The notes under the pieces are model-generated. The model searched no databases, was not told the origin of the DNA, and was given only the letters and a program-made list of their open reading frames with translations. Shown here one piece after another: positions 1 to 12,122 of a stretch of 64,000 nt of DNA. The position numbers and the translations under genes were made by a program. Position 1 is the first letter of the stretch. Each line of letters starts with the position of its first letter. Source of the stretch: Octopus sinensis (taxonomy: Eukaryota); contig NC_043014.1 of assembly GCF_006345805.1 (NCBI RefSeq), positions 41,478,001 to 41,542,000 on the forward strand. The letters run 5' to 3'.

Positions 1-83
1 GAATTTGAACTCAGAACGTAACGGCAGACGAAATACCGCTGAGCATTTCGCCCGGCGTGTTAACGTTTCTGCCGGCTCGCCGC
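1..83 (-). mobile_element. SINE family A, tRNA-like head (cut by window start)
   Basis: Reverse complement reads GCGGCGAGCCGGCAGAAACGTTAACACGCCGGGCGAAATGCTCAGCGGTATTTCGTC...GAGTTCAAATTC (A/B-box-like); same family recurs many times in the window. Confidence 0.9.
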
Positions 84-581
84 TTTTGGAATTTAAAATA
101 TTACACATCAAAACATCTTAGAATCCTTCTTATGAAGAAAGTACATTCTATTTTCATTTCTAAAGCTCGTTATGTGAGATCATATTGATGATACATCAAT
201 TTATATTTGTTTTGCAAGCTTTATTATCTATATGTCTAACACAAAATAGTTTTTGTCTACATTTAACGTTGAACAAAACTGTTCACATTGCTGAGGGAAA
301 GAAAATATGATGCAATTATCGATCCACGATTTCTCAAAAGTCAATATTTCTCAATAAGATCAATAATATTATAGCATTACTCAATAGAAAACTACTACTT
401 TTAGATATAAATGTATTTATCATATTTTAGATAAATTATCTTGAGATGCAAGGTTCCATGTACTTTGACCTTTAATTTCGTATATTCAGAGTTCTCCGAT
501 CATAATTTTGCAAAACTCAAAGAAATCTTTGTAATTGATTTAAAATGTTGAAATATATATAGAATAGATATTCCACCATTG

Positions 582-664
582 TGTTGTGTCTGGGGAGAGT
601 CATTTTATTTTTTGCGCCTTATAATTTAACTTAACACACTTACCGGTAAAATTTTCACTTATTC
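582..664. repeat. Partial copy of the left arm of the 812-1040 palindrome, ending at a (TA)n tract
   Basis: TGTTGTGTCTGGGGAGAGTCATTTT...ACCGGTAAAATTT matches about 842-920. Confidence 0.8.
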
Positions 665-697
665 CCTTCTTATATATATATATTATATATATATATA

Positions 698-812
698 TAG
701 TTATCGCCATACTAATATGGCAGTCTTATAAATATAAGACTAAAGCTGTCGCTGATTAGCTCCATGAGGCCATCGCCTTAAGCTAGCTATTTGACACACA
801 AACTGCGTCCAT
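698..812 (-). mobile_element. Partial copy of the TA-embedded element family seen at 55.98-56.35 kb
   Basis: TAGTTATCGCCATACTAATATGGC...GCTCCATGAGGCCATCGCCTTAAG...ACACAAACTG matches about 55983-56095; starts at a (TA)n tract. Confidence 0.8.
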
Positions 813-1040
813 TATATGAGTTTTCGTGTTGAAGCATATTCTGTTGTGTCTGGGGAGAGTCATTTTCTTTTTTGTGCCTTATAATTTAACTTAACACACT
901 CACCGGTACAATTTCCACTTATTTCTTATTTTTATTTTCCTAAAAATTTTACCGGTGAGTGTGTTAAATTATAAGGCACAAAAAGAAAATGACTCTCCCC
1001 AGATACAACAGAATATGCTTCAACACAAAAACTCATATAA
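812..1040. repeat. Long inverted repeat (arms 812-908 and 950-1040, 41-nt spacer)
   Basis: Arms are reverse complements apart from a few substitutions and a 5-nt indel. Confidence 0.9.
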
Positions 1041-1179
1041 AGAATCTTGCAAACCAAATACAAAAAAGGGAATTCCACCTTTGATTCTAGATTTTGTTTG
1101 GGAAAAATATCTTGTGGTTTTTCAGTTGTTTTACAAGCTAATGCAACATTATTTCAAAGCTCTTTATATTAGTGAGATG

Positions 1180-1566
1180 TGGAGGCGCAATGGCCCAGTG
1201 GTTAGGGCAGCGGACTCGCGGTCATAGGATCGCGGTTTCGATTCCCATACCGGGCGTTGTGAGTGTTTATTGAGCGAAAACACCTAAAGCTCCACGAGGC
1301 TCCGGCAGGTGATGGTGGTGATCCCTGCTGTACTCTTTCACCACAACTTTCTCTCACTCTTACTTCCTGTTTCTGTTGTACCTGTATTTCAAAGGGCCGG
1401 CCTTGTCACTCTCTGTGTCACGCTGAATATCCCCGAGAACTACGTTAAGGGTACACGTGTCTGTGGAGTGCTCAGCCACTTACACGTTAATTTCACGAGC
1501 AGGCTGTTCCGTTGATTCGGATCAACCGGAACCCTCGTCGTCGTAACCGACGGAGTGCTTCCATCC
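1180..1566 (+). mobile_element. SINE family C, full length, with TSD
   Basis: tRNA-like head GTGGAGGCGCAATGGCCCAGTGGTTAGG...GGTTTCGATTCCC; 3' end GGAGTGCTTCCA; TSD ATATTAGTGAGATG at 1166-1179 and 1567-1580. Confidence 0.92.
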
Positions 1567-1584
1567 ATATTAGTGAGATGGAAG

Positions 1585-1765
1585 GCAGCGAGATGGCAGA
1601 ATCGTTGGCACGCTCAGCAGTATTTTATCCGTCTTTACGTTCTGAGTTCAAATTCTGCCACGTTTGATTTTTACCTTTTCAGGGTCGATAAAATAAGTAC
1701 CAGCTGATGTACTCGACTAATCCCTTTCCCCGCACTTGCTTGCTTTGTGCCAAAATTTGAAATCT
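1585..1765 (+). mobile_element. SINE family A, short-tail variant, decayed
   Basis: GGCAGCGAGATGGCAGAATCGTT...GAGTTCAAATTC...GGGTCGATAAAATAAGTACCAG...GTGCCAAAATTTGAAA. Confidence 0.8.
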
Positions 1766-2103
1766 GTATTAGGAAGAAGCGGAGCAATAAGTCATTCAGT
1801 TTTTAAAATTCCAAAGGTAGATTATTTATGTGGCTATTGATATCGATCGAAAATCCGAAATCAAATAAACATATTTACTCCTCTATTTTCTTAATGTCTG
1901 TGACTTTAATATCCTTTAAAGAGATTTACTTCATTTTTCTGCTTGTACAAACACTTGGGCATACGCTTATTATTTAGTTAATCTTTTTAAAGATTTTACC
2001 CTAGGTGGCAGACCGTCCACAATTAAGATGCCAAGTTTTTCGGTTGGTAACATTTTGATTTTAACCCCAAAATAAGTAATTTCCCCTCCAATATTCAATA
2101 ATG

Positions 2104-2282
2104 AGCGTAGGAGTGGCTGTGTGGTAGGTAAGTTGCTTACCAACCACATGGTTCTGGGTTCAGTCCCACTGCGTGGCACCTTAGGCAAATGTCTTCTACT
2201 ATAGCCTCGGACCGACCAAAGCCTCGTGAGTGGATTTGGTAGACGGAAACGGAAAGAAGCCCGTCGTATATATGTACATATT

Positions 2283-2331
<49 letters not shown>

Positions 2332-2530
2332 TGTATCTGTATTTGTCCCCCCAACATCGCTTGACAACCGATGCTGGTGTGTTTACGTCCCCGTAACTTA
2401 GCGGTTCGGCAAAACAGACCGATAGAATAAGTACTAGGCTTACAAAGAATAAATCCTGGGGTCGCATTGCTCGACTAAAGGCGGTGCTCCAGCGTGGCCA
2501 CAGTCAAATGACTGAAACAAGTAAAATAGT
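2104..2530 (+). mobile_element. SINE family B (tRNA head, CORE-like block, internal TA/TG microsatellite, stem-loop tail)
   Basis: GGAGTGGCTGTGTGGTA...GGTTCAGTCCC head; CCTTAGGCAAATGTCTT CORE-like block; tail CAGTCAAATGACTGAAACAAG. Confidence 0.9.
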
Positions 2531-2564
2531 AAAGGGTAAAAATAGTAATGGTTTCAAATTAAAG

Positions 2565-3062
2565 CTGACAGAAACGCTGGCACGCGCAGAAATGCTTAGC
2601 GGTATTTTGTCAGCCGTTTGTTTGTTCTTGTTTGTTCCCCTCTCTGTGTTTAGCCCCTTGTGTGTAGTAAAGAAATAGGTATTTCGTCTGTCTTTACGTT
2701 TTGAGCTCAAATTCCGCTGATGTCGACTTTGCCTTTCATCCTTTCGGAGTCGATAAATTAAGTACCAGCAGTGTACTGGTGTCGATCTAATCGACTAGCC
2801 CCCTCCCGCTAAATTTCGGGCCTTGTGCCTAGAGTAGAAAAAAATACTGGTTTCAAATTTTAGCACAATGCCAGGAATTGTGGTGGAGGGACTAAATCGA
2901 TTACGTCGACTCCCAGTGATCAACTGGTACTTATTTTATCGACCCAGAAACGATGAAAGGTAAAGTCAACCTCAGCGAAATTGGAACTTAGAACGTAAAG
3001 ACGGACAAAATCCCGCCAAGCATTTTACCCGGCCTGCTAACGATTCTGCCAACTCGCCGCCT
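2565..3062. mobile_element. Two SINE A copies tail-to-tail (+ about 2565-2840, internally deleted dimer; - about 2850-3062)
   Basis: Family A core CCTTTCATCCTTTCGG(A/G)GTCGATAAATTAAGTACCAG present on both strands. Confidence 0.8.
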
Positions 3063-4391
3063 TCTAGCATTCAATATCGAAGGAAGTTAATCTTCTCGTA
3101 TCATTGAAACATTTTGCCGTGTATAATCATAACTGTATCGCATTTACAGTCAGTTCTCACGTTGGCAACTATTGAATAAAGACACCACTTTTCAAACGAT
3201 TTGACTTTTTTCTGGAGGTGAAATTCGTGTAAAAGAAACAACGTTCCTTTCAAACTTGCCTGTGAAGTGTTATTTCCCGATCTTTACACGTTACATAACA
3301 CTTCATAATTCACTTGCGTTGCTGAGAATATTTTTCTTAATGGTTTATTTAAAGAAAAAAAAAAAAGATAACTTTTCTTCTCTTTTTTTCTGAGATTCTC
3401 TTAAAATTGTCAATTTCTTTAAACATAGTGTCTCTACCATTTTTTTTTCTATCCCTTCTTCTTCTTCAAATAGTGACGTTCTAGATGGTAGTTTTTATGA
3501 TCTGCAACCGATTCTTTACAAAGAAGACGCAGACATTTTCCATTTACCTCTATGAAAAAGTAATTATCTCTTCATTTTTCCGAAGAACAAAGAATATTTC
3601 GCCAGCCATTCCTTCTCTTTGATTAGTCTTAGACATTAGAGAAGGAGTTAATTGTATGCACTTCGCAATATTGATTTAAAATACTTAATAAAAATTATTA
3701 AATGAACTGTAAATGTTTAGCAGCATTCAAAATTATTGAACTTAAAAACCGACAACAGAAATAGACACCATTTTAAATTCACGCTGTATAAAACCACTAA
3801 AAATAGTTAATGAGAAGGAATAAATAATTGCAGAATGGGGATTGTGTGAGCGTGTGTATGTGGTGGTCGTGGGACAAATGCTTAAGTTAAATTGGCTGTA
3901 TTAAGGGTACGGCTACTACGTCATCAATTCACTCGTCTTTCGAGTCTTGGTTAATGTCTCAAGACAAATATTATGGTTGAAATAAATGTTTTAATATGTT
4001 ATTGATTGTTGAAAGCAACTCATGAACGTTTTGATCTGAAATCTTTAACTGAATTTTCGCGTATCTTTTCTTAATTATGAAAACTTTGTCAGCGTCTGGC
4101 ATAATTTTGCCCGCAGATTAAAAGTTCTCTAGTCCTGACGAAGCGGCTTTGTCATTGGCTCTTATATGGTACAGTTGTAGCGAGAGTAGAAGGAGAGATA
4201 ATTATGGCGAATTGAACAGTGTTGTCCCATCGAAATTGGTTCCTGCAGAGAATCAAGACCAGTCTGTATATTGAATTCAATAGTATTTGTTCTATCGCAC
4301 TCACTCGCTCAATATAATATTAATATACATAGCAAAAGTGATCATGTTTTTTTTTTCCTTCTGGCACAAGGCTTACCGTTGAGTAAAGACA

Positions 4392-4966
4392 GACGAAATA
4401 CCTATTTCTTTACTACCCACAAGGGGACAAACATAGAGATGACAAACGAATTAAATCGATTATATCGACCCCAGTGCGTAACTGGTACTTATTTAATCGA
4501 CCCCGAAAGGATGAAAGGCAAAGTCGACCTCGGTGGAATTAGAACTCAGAACGTAACGGCAGACGAAATACCTCTAAGCATTTCGCCCGGCGTGCTACCG
4601 TTTGTGCCAGTTCGCCGCCTTCTTCCTGTGGTAAATTAAAAGACAGGGTGGAAACTAAAGAAAAATAACTGAATACCTATTTCTTTATTACCCACAAGGG
4701 GCTAAACACAGAGGGGACAAACAAGGACAGACATAGGTATTAAGTCGATTACATCGACCCCAGTGTGTAACTGGTACTTAATTTATCGACCCCGAAAGGA
4801 TGAAAGGCAAAGTCGACCTCGGTGGAATTAGAACTCAGAACGTAACGGCAGACGAAATACCTCTAAGCATTTCGCCCGGCGTGCTACTGTTTCTGCCAGC
4901 TCACTGCTTTCTTCCGCCGGTAAATTAAAAGACAGGGTGGAAACTAAAGAAAAATAACTAAATACC
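4392..4966 (-). mobile_element. Tandem pair of SINE A copies, each with the same 57-bp flank
   Basis: Copies about 4392-4620 and 4678-4909; direct repeats 4621-4677 and 4910-4966; period 289 bp. Confidence 0.85.
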
Positions 4967-6556
4967 ATCATTCTATCAATTCTGCTTGCACTCTAGCACG
5001 GGAATATTGTCGCTCTACCACGCCCAAATCTCCGAAGCGGCAGTATTATTAATTAGGAGCAGAAAGAAATAACTGATGCAACGCTTTGTTCGTTTGCTTT
5101 AGTCTTTTACTGGTTCCAATCTCTGGTGTGCGTCCTTTAGGGGTAACGCTTTTAAAGGACTTTAGTCGATCATATCAATTCCGATAATTGCGAGAATCTG
5201 GTAATTATACTACTAATTCCGCAGTGTATGCTAATAACAATAATCCTTTCTATTATAGGCAAAAGGCCTTAAATTTCGTGGGAGGGGAATAGACGATAGC
5301 ATCGACCCCTGTGCTCAACTCGTACTTATTTCATCGACCAAGACTTGTTCTCAGATGTTTTCTTACTGTTCATAAGCCAATTGAAGATTTGGTACTTCAT
5401 GTTGCTGTGATATTCTCTTTTCCTTTTTCCCTTAACTTTTTATCTGATATCAAATGGGCGCTATTTGGATTACAATATATGGTTTCAACTTGTAGACGAC
5501 TACATTAATCCGATTTGATGTGTGCTACTCTTTTGGGATTTGTATGGTAAAATCCTTCAACCAACTCACTTAATCGTTTTCGAGGTTTTGCATCTAAAAT
5601 TCTAAAATTCCAGTAAATTATTACAGTGATCTTCACATAAACTCTATATATTCATTCTGAGCTATCTCTGAATAGTTGAAACAAAGTCGCAGAGGTCGAT
5701 TTGCCTTTTCATAACTTCGGGGTCGAAAAATAAATTAAAGTACCTGTCAAGTACTAGAAGCAATGAAACCGACTTGCCCCTCCCTCTAACAACTGCTGAA
5801 CTTTTGCCAAAAATTGAAAGAAACTTCATCATCGTCGTCGTCATAATCATTATCATCATCATCCGCATCATTATTGCAGTCGTTGCCTTCGTCTTCTTAA
5901 TCATACTCTAAGCAAATGCAGTGAAGAATTCTTATTCAACGAAGTCTGCAGCAGATCTGTTCCTGTCTAGATGGCATCTATGTAAACACTAGAAATCGTC
6001 CTGACCCCGCCCCCCAGTTACTTCGTATTATTATAACCCATAAGCCTGAAATTTTTCAGCTCTAGTTATCCAATTAAATCCATCATATGTAATAACAAAA
6101 TATAACACGTTTCGAATGTTTCTGACCGTTAAAAGACCGCTAAAATAAAAACCTCAACAAAAAAATATAAATAGTGATGTAAATATAATTCAAATATGTC
6201 TATGGCGTGTGACGATACAAAAGAGAAAGTATGAAGCTTATGTTGTTTGTTTTAAAGGCAAAGTGAATTCAACTTTGTATTCAATATTTGATTTAGAAAG
6301 GGGAAAGAAAAACGAAGTGTTTTGACTCTATACAAATGTTGTATTCAAAATATTTGTGGACTTCAGTAGTATAACAAAAATTTATAGTTTACCATAAGTA
6401 TTTTATCAGTTAATGCGATGGTTTGTACTGCTACAAGAATGGAAATTAGTATGTCAACATGAAGCACGTGCAAAACGCCTCCCGTCCAATGGACGGTGCT
6501 GAGTTGCCAAACATTTAAACCAAATTTTCTCAAAACAACTTGTCCGATTGTCCCAT

Positions 6557-6721
6557 AGGCGCAGGAGTGGCTGTGTGGTAAGTAGCTTGCTAACCAACCA
6601 CGTGGTTCCGGGTTCAGTCCAACTGCGTGGCACCTTGGGCAAGTGTCTCTGCTATAGCCCCGGGCCGACCAATGCCTTGTGAGTGGATTTGGTAGACGGA
6701 AACTGAAAGAAGCCTGTCGTA

Positions 6722-6780
<59 letters not shown>

Positions 6781-6997
6781 TTGTGCGTCTGTGTTTGTCC
6801 CCCTAGCATTGCTTGACAACCGATGCTGGTGTGTTTACGTCCCCGTCACTTAGCGGTTCGGCAAAAGAGACCGATAGAATAAGTACTGGGCTTACAAAGA
6901 ATAAGTCCGGGGTCGAGTTGCTCGACTAAAGGCGGTGCTCCAGCATGGCCGCAGTCAAATGACTGAAACAAGTAAAAGAGTAAAAGAGTAAAGAGTA
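6557..6997 (+). mobile_element. SINE family B, full length
   Basis: AGGCGCAGGAGTGGCTGTGTGG head to GGCCGCAGTCAAATGACTGAAACAAGTAAAAGAG tail. Confidence 0.92.
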
Positions 6998-7032
6998 TAG
7001 GCCTCCCCTTTGAGAAACACTGAATAATAGAT

Positions 7033-7278
7033 GCACCCTTTTAAAGCCTAGCCAGGCTTATGGGCCCAGTTTCCCGGTTTCATTGGCGTATGTATTCCCC
7101 ACCTGATGGGACGCCAGTCCATCGCAGTGTTACTCATTTTTGCCAGCTAAGTGGACTGGAGCAACGTGAAATGAAGTGTTTTGCGCAAGAACACAACGAA
7201 TAGCCCAGGCCAGGAATCGAAACCACAATCTTACGATCATGATGCTGACACATTAACCACTAATCCACGCGCCTCCAC
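7033..7278 (-). mobile_element. SINE family D (tRNA head, CORE-like and V-like blocks) with TSD
   Basis: rc GTGGAGGCGCGTGGATTAGTGG...GCGATGGACTGGCGTCCC...; TSD TTTGAGAAACACTGA at 7009-7023 and 7280-7294. Confidence 0.88.
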
Positions 7279-7559
7279 TTTTGAGAAACACTGATTTAAC
7301 CTAAATTTGAGACACCAGCAAAAGAAGAAATAAAGATAGACTTTTTTCCATTCCAAAGGAAAACGATTTTATTCACACAAATATGTAACCGAAGAGTTTA
7401 AAGTACCAGTAATGTTAAGGCTGTTGACTGAGAGAACACAAACATGGTTTAAATAGTAAGCTTGGCAGGAAAGAAACGTGCCTTTAAGCGGTACAAAAAC
7501 AACAAAAAATGGAAGCTGCAGTTATGTACAGGTTGACAGAAGAAAAGCAGGACAAAAAC

Positions 7560-7735
7560 GGCTTTATCGATCACATTCTCACCTGGAATCGATTTTTGTG
7601 ACTTTTTAAGACTTATACACGCCCTGATACCGTCGGTATTTACATATCAAATTTGAGCGCAAACGGATGGAGGATGCCAGAGATCCTAGAAGACACACAC
7701 ACATGGACAGACAGAACGGATTTTATATAAGAGAT
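7560..7735 (+). mobile_element. Helentron/HINE-like non-autonomous element, 3' end
   Basis: CAAATTTGAGCGCAAACGG...GACAGACAGAACGGATTTTATATAAGAGAT resembles the 3' ends at 16055 and 50067. Confidence 0.5.
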
Positions 7736-8312
7736 GAATAGGTATGGGTTGTGAAATTCACTGACTGCGATCAAAATTGTTCTTCTCGAGATAGCAGTCC
7801 AATGAATATGCCATCTTTCTGAAAGTGACAGCTTTTAGATTTTAACTTCGTAACGCCTAATGACTTGTCATACGATGACGTCTTAAAAGCAATTATTCGT
7901 TGTTTTATATTACCTAATAATTAACATTGCCAATGAATCGTTTCTTAATGAGTATTAAAAAAAATAGTAGAATTACTTATTAAGAATTTTTGAAGTATAA
8001 GAGAAACGTATCGTAATTGAATATTTATTGTCCTATTTACGAGAAAACAATTTAATATTTTATCTAATAATATTAATTAACGCCGGCGAGCAGGCAGGAT
8101 CGTTAGCACGGTGGGCAAAATGCTTGGCAGCATTTCGTTCCGTCTAAACATTCCGAGTTCAAATTCCGCCGAGGTCGACTTTGCACTACATCCTTTTCGG
8201 GGTCGATGAAATAAGTACCGATTGAGCAGTGGGGTCGATATAATCTATTTACCCCCTCACCTGAACTTTGCTGGCTTTGTGCCAGAATTTGAAACTAATA
8301 TATTATCTAATT

Positions 8313-8564
8313 GCGGAGGCGCGTGGCTTAGTGGTTAGGGTGCCAGCACCATGATCGTAAGATTGTGGTTTCGATTCGTGTACCGAGCGACGCGTTTTGT
8401 TCTTGAGCAAAACTCTTCATTACACGTTGCTCCAGTCCACTCAGCTGGCAAAAATGAGTAGCGCTGCGATGGACTGGCGTCCCGTCCAGCTGGAGAACAC
8501 ATACGCCATAGAAACCGGGAAACTGGGCCCCATGAGCCTGGCCAAGCTTTAAAAGGGCGAAAAA
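8313..8564 (+). mobile_element. SINE family D, full length, with TSD
   Basis: TSD ATATTATCTAATT at 8300-8312 and 8565-8577. Confidence 0.9.
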
Positions 8565-8805
8565 ATATTATCTAATTAAAGACGATGAACTGGGACAGCA
8601 TGCTTTGCGGCATTTCGCCCGTTTTTCAATTCTGAGTTAAAATTGTGCCGTGGTTGACTTTACGATAGAATACGTACCAGCTGAATACTGGGGTTGATGT
8701 AATCGACTTACTTCTCCCCGAAAAAATTGCAGGCCCTGTGCCAGAATTTGAAACTAATATTTTTTATCTAATTAAAGACAGCGAGCTTGCAGAATTGTTA
8801 GCAAT

Positions 8806-9178
8806 TGTGTGGTAAGTAGCTTGCTTATCAACCACATGATTCTGGGTTCATTCCCACTGCGTGGCACCTTAGGCAAGTGTCTTCTACTATAGCCTGGGGT
8901 CGACCAAAGCCTTGTGAGTGGATTTGGTAGACGGAAACTGAAAGAAACCCGTCGTATATATATGTGTGTGTGTGTGTGTGTGTATATGTTTGTGTGTCTG
9001 TGTTTGTCCCCCCAGCATCGCTTGACAACCGATGCTGGTGTGTTTACGTCCCCGTAACTTAGCGATTCGGCAAAAGAGACCGTTAGAATAAATACTAGGC
9101 TTCCAAAGAATAAGTCCTGGGTTCGGTTTACTCCAGCATGGCAGCAGTCAAATGACTGAAACAAGTAAAAGAGTAAAT
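8806..9178 (+). mobile_element. SINE family B inserted in a SINE A head
   Basis: A head breaks after GAATTGTTAGC and resumes GACAAAATGCTTTGAGGCATTTCG after the B tail. Confidence 0.85.
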
Positions 9179-9759
9179 CAGACAAAATGCTTTGAGGCAT
9201 TTCGCCCGTCCTTAAGTTCCGAGTTCAAATTCCGTTCAAGTCGACTTCACCATTCGTCGAGAAAATGAGTACCAGTCGAGCACTAGGATCAGTGTAATCG
9301 GGTAGTCCCACGCCCCAACCATCACCACCAAATTTCAGGCTTTGTGCCCCTATTTAATTACTGAAGTATTTATCGTCTATGTTCGGAGTTCAATTTCTGC
9401 TGATCCTAACTTTATTCTTTCCTTCTTCCTGGGTCGATAGCATAAATGGCAAACAAGTACTTTTATCGTATTCAATGGTTATAAATTTATATTTCCATCT
9501 ATGTATATAATCAATATTTTTATCTATAGCAAGTGACTTTCGGTTCAGTCAGCAAAGGTTATCTTCATCGTTGATTGTGAACATGATTGATTAAGATAAT
9601 AATTGACGATGATAAGAAATAAAATAAAAGAGGATAAAAACGAAATGTTATTAGCGGAAAGTTAATTAAAATAGATTAATTAATGCCAGGGGCCTGTATA
9701 TCTCGTGCTACTAGCTTACTGTATTTTACTACTGTTTATAAAGTGTACAAATATATATG

Positions 9760-9766
9760 TATGTAC

Positions 9767-9798
<32 letters not shown>

Positions 9799-9936
9799 TG
9801 TATGTATGTATGCATGTATGTATGCATGTATGTATGTATGTATGTATGCATGTATGTATGTATGTACGTATGTAATGTATGTATGTATGTATGTATGTTG
9901 TATGTATGTATGTATGTACGTATGTATGTATGTATG

Positions 9937-9968
<32 letters not shown>

Positions 9969-10370
9969 TGCTTCGTTTGTTTGTTTGTTTGTTTACTTGT
10001 ATGTATGTATATGGAAATGTATATGTACGTATATGTGTATGTACGTATATGTGTATTTACGTATATGTGTATGTGCGTATATGTATATGTATGTTTGTAT
10101 ATGTATGTATATATGTGTGTGTATACATCTGTATGCATACATGTATGTATGTTTTATAAAAGTGCATATGTAGTATATGTGTGTGTGTGCGTACATGTAT
10201 GTATGCATATATATATATACATATAATAAATATATACATATCTACACACACACACACACACATATATATATGTATATATATATATATATAATTTATATAT
10301 ATATATATAAATGTGTATATACATACACGCATGTGCACTTAGATATTTAGACCTACATATCGATGTATGT
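9760..10370. repeat. Compound (TATG)n/(TA)n/(CA)n microsatellite
   Basis: Direct reading; source of the MYVC/HTYI ORFs. Confidence 0.95.
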
Positions 10371-10592
10371 ATGTGTAATAATAGTGCTGGACACGTATTA
10401 AAACATACGTATTTAGATTTCTTGGTGCAACTAGAAAAACGGGAACTCTGTGTGCAAAAGAAGAGCATATATTTTCATGTATGAAAGTAAAATTTGTAAT
10501 CGAGAATAAAAACTAAATGAAAATCAATATGAGCGTAAAGTGAATATATTAGATCAACGGTAATTTTAAAATGGAAAAAAGTGTGTGGGGGG

Positions 10593-10626
10593 ATATGACG
10601 TTTCGAGCTTGCTTCTCGTCACAAAG
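10593..10626 (-). ncRNA. Decayed hammerhead-like motif
   Basis: rc TTTG TGACGA GAAGC AA GCTC GAAAC GTC ATAT; C3 lost, helix I broken. Confidence 0.35.
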
Positions 10627-10705
10627 AGGAAAGGCCCGCAGAGAAGGGAAAATAGTCCAAGAAATGCATGCATATGGCTATATATATAATATATATATGA
10701 TATAT

Positions 10706-10739
<34 letters not shown>

Positions 10740-10741
<2 letters not shown>

Positions 10742-10896
10742 AATGAAAGAATGTAGTTGAACGACGATTTAACAAAATTCCTTTATTCTCGACATATGTT
10801 TCGAAGACTGCATATTCCGAATATGCAGTCTTCGAAACACATGTTGAGAATAAAGGAATTTTGTTAAATCGTCGTTCAATTACATTCTTTCATTTA
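10740..10896. repeat. 157-bp near-perfect palindrome (1-nt centre at 10818, 3 mismatches) carrying the 3' half of a hammerhead motif on each strand
   Basis: Minus strand GAAAC ATAT GTC GAGAA; plus strand GAAAC ACAT GTT GAGAA; abuts a (TA)n tract. Confidence 0.9.
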
Positions 10897-11318
10897 TTTG
10901 TATTAAAAAAACACACAAATTTCCACACGAATGCACGTGATCTCTGCCCTTGGCATGTAGCTTCAACTGTGTTTTTCTGACGTGAATTTGCTACCCGGGT
11001 ATCGGTTAACCGAATTATCCATACTAGGATAATTCATTCAACAACTTATATATATATATATATAGAGATAATGGTGTCATTGGGAACCAAAGGTGTCCAG
11101 TAATGCTGAATATGCGCTATAGACTGACTATAGTTAAGTTCCAGATTCGGTACTATGGCGAATAAAGGGTTCAACCTTGGTTCTATGTCAGCGTGTGTAT
11201 GTAAGAATTTTTTCCGTAATATGATAAAAAAAAACGAAAGCTGTGTAGATAGAGCATTTATAGATATACTCTAATACTATACACCCTTGGATTTTTATCT
11301 TATTACGCAAAAAATTCT

Positions 11319-11350
<32 letters not shown>

Positions 11351-11386
11351 TGTATGTATGTATGTATGTATGTGTGTATGTGTGTT

Positions 11387-11437
<51 letters not shown>

Positions 11438-11599
11438 ATATGTATATGACTTGCTTCAGACATTTTTAGCTGAAGAAATTGACCTTAGAACTTATTCTTA
11501 TTTATAAGACTTATTCTTCGGAAATTTTTATGAAACTATTTTTGTATTTTTATATAAAGAACATCTGAACAAGCAATCTCTGAACAAGCGGATCTCTTC

Positions 11600-11700
11600 A
11601 CTAAGTTGGGTCATGTTATCTGCATACAATGCAAGAATATCAAGTGCAGATACTTCTGCACAGATTTTGATATTCACCTGATATTGTTTGGGTGTGCAGA
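11600..11700 (-). pseudogene. Possible tiny decayed reverse-transcriptase fragment
   Basis: rc translates VSALDILALYADNMTQL, loosely YADD-like; no other RT motif seen. Confidence 0.2.
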
Positions 11701-12042
11701 TTAGATCGATCTAAATCGGTACCTCAATTTCGGTAACGCATTCAGCCGATTCTTAACTATATTTTACACACACACACACACACACGCACACATGCACTCA
11801 CAGACACATTTATATATATATATATTCACACATTTTTAATAAAGATGAAGAGTTCTTCATAGATTGTTCGTTGGAGTTTCGCGTAACCGTATGTATTCAT
11901 GAAATATTCTTTCCTCCTCGTTTTGCAAGTAAGCCCTTCTGCGCTTACCAGTGCAAACATACATACATACATACATACATACATACACACATACACACAT
12001 ACACACATACATACATGCATACATAAATACATACATACATAC

Positions 12043-12112
<70 letters not shown>

Positions 12113-12122
<10 letters not shown>

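Larger units (their letters stand above)
8083..9350 (+). mobile_element. Tandem run of three short-tail SINE A copies invaded by SINE D and SINE B
   Basis: A copies about 8083-8297, 8580-8757 and 8778-8805 resuming at 9181-9350; spacer TATCTAATTAAAGAC is repeated. Confidence 0.75.

Noticed and set aside
1263-1515. Recurrent ORFs such as MFIERKHLKLHEAP, MVVIPAVLFHHNF, MPKVPRSG and MPNWYLFNRPRK
   Set aside because: Chance frames within SINE consensus sequences; they recur only because the SINEs do.
4132-4170. CTGACGA motif (also near 41530 and, on minus, near 62435)
   Set aside because: No GAAA at a suitable distance.
9683-10338. Long overlapping ORFs rich in MYVC/HTYI (also near 25, 29, 31.7, 34.8, 48, 51.5 and 58.7 kb)
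   Set aside because: Translations of stop-free microsatellites, open in several frames on both strands.
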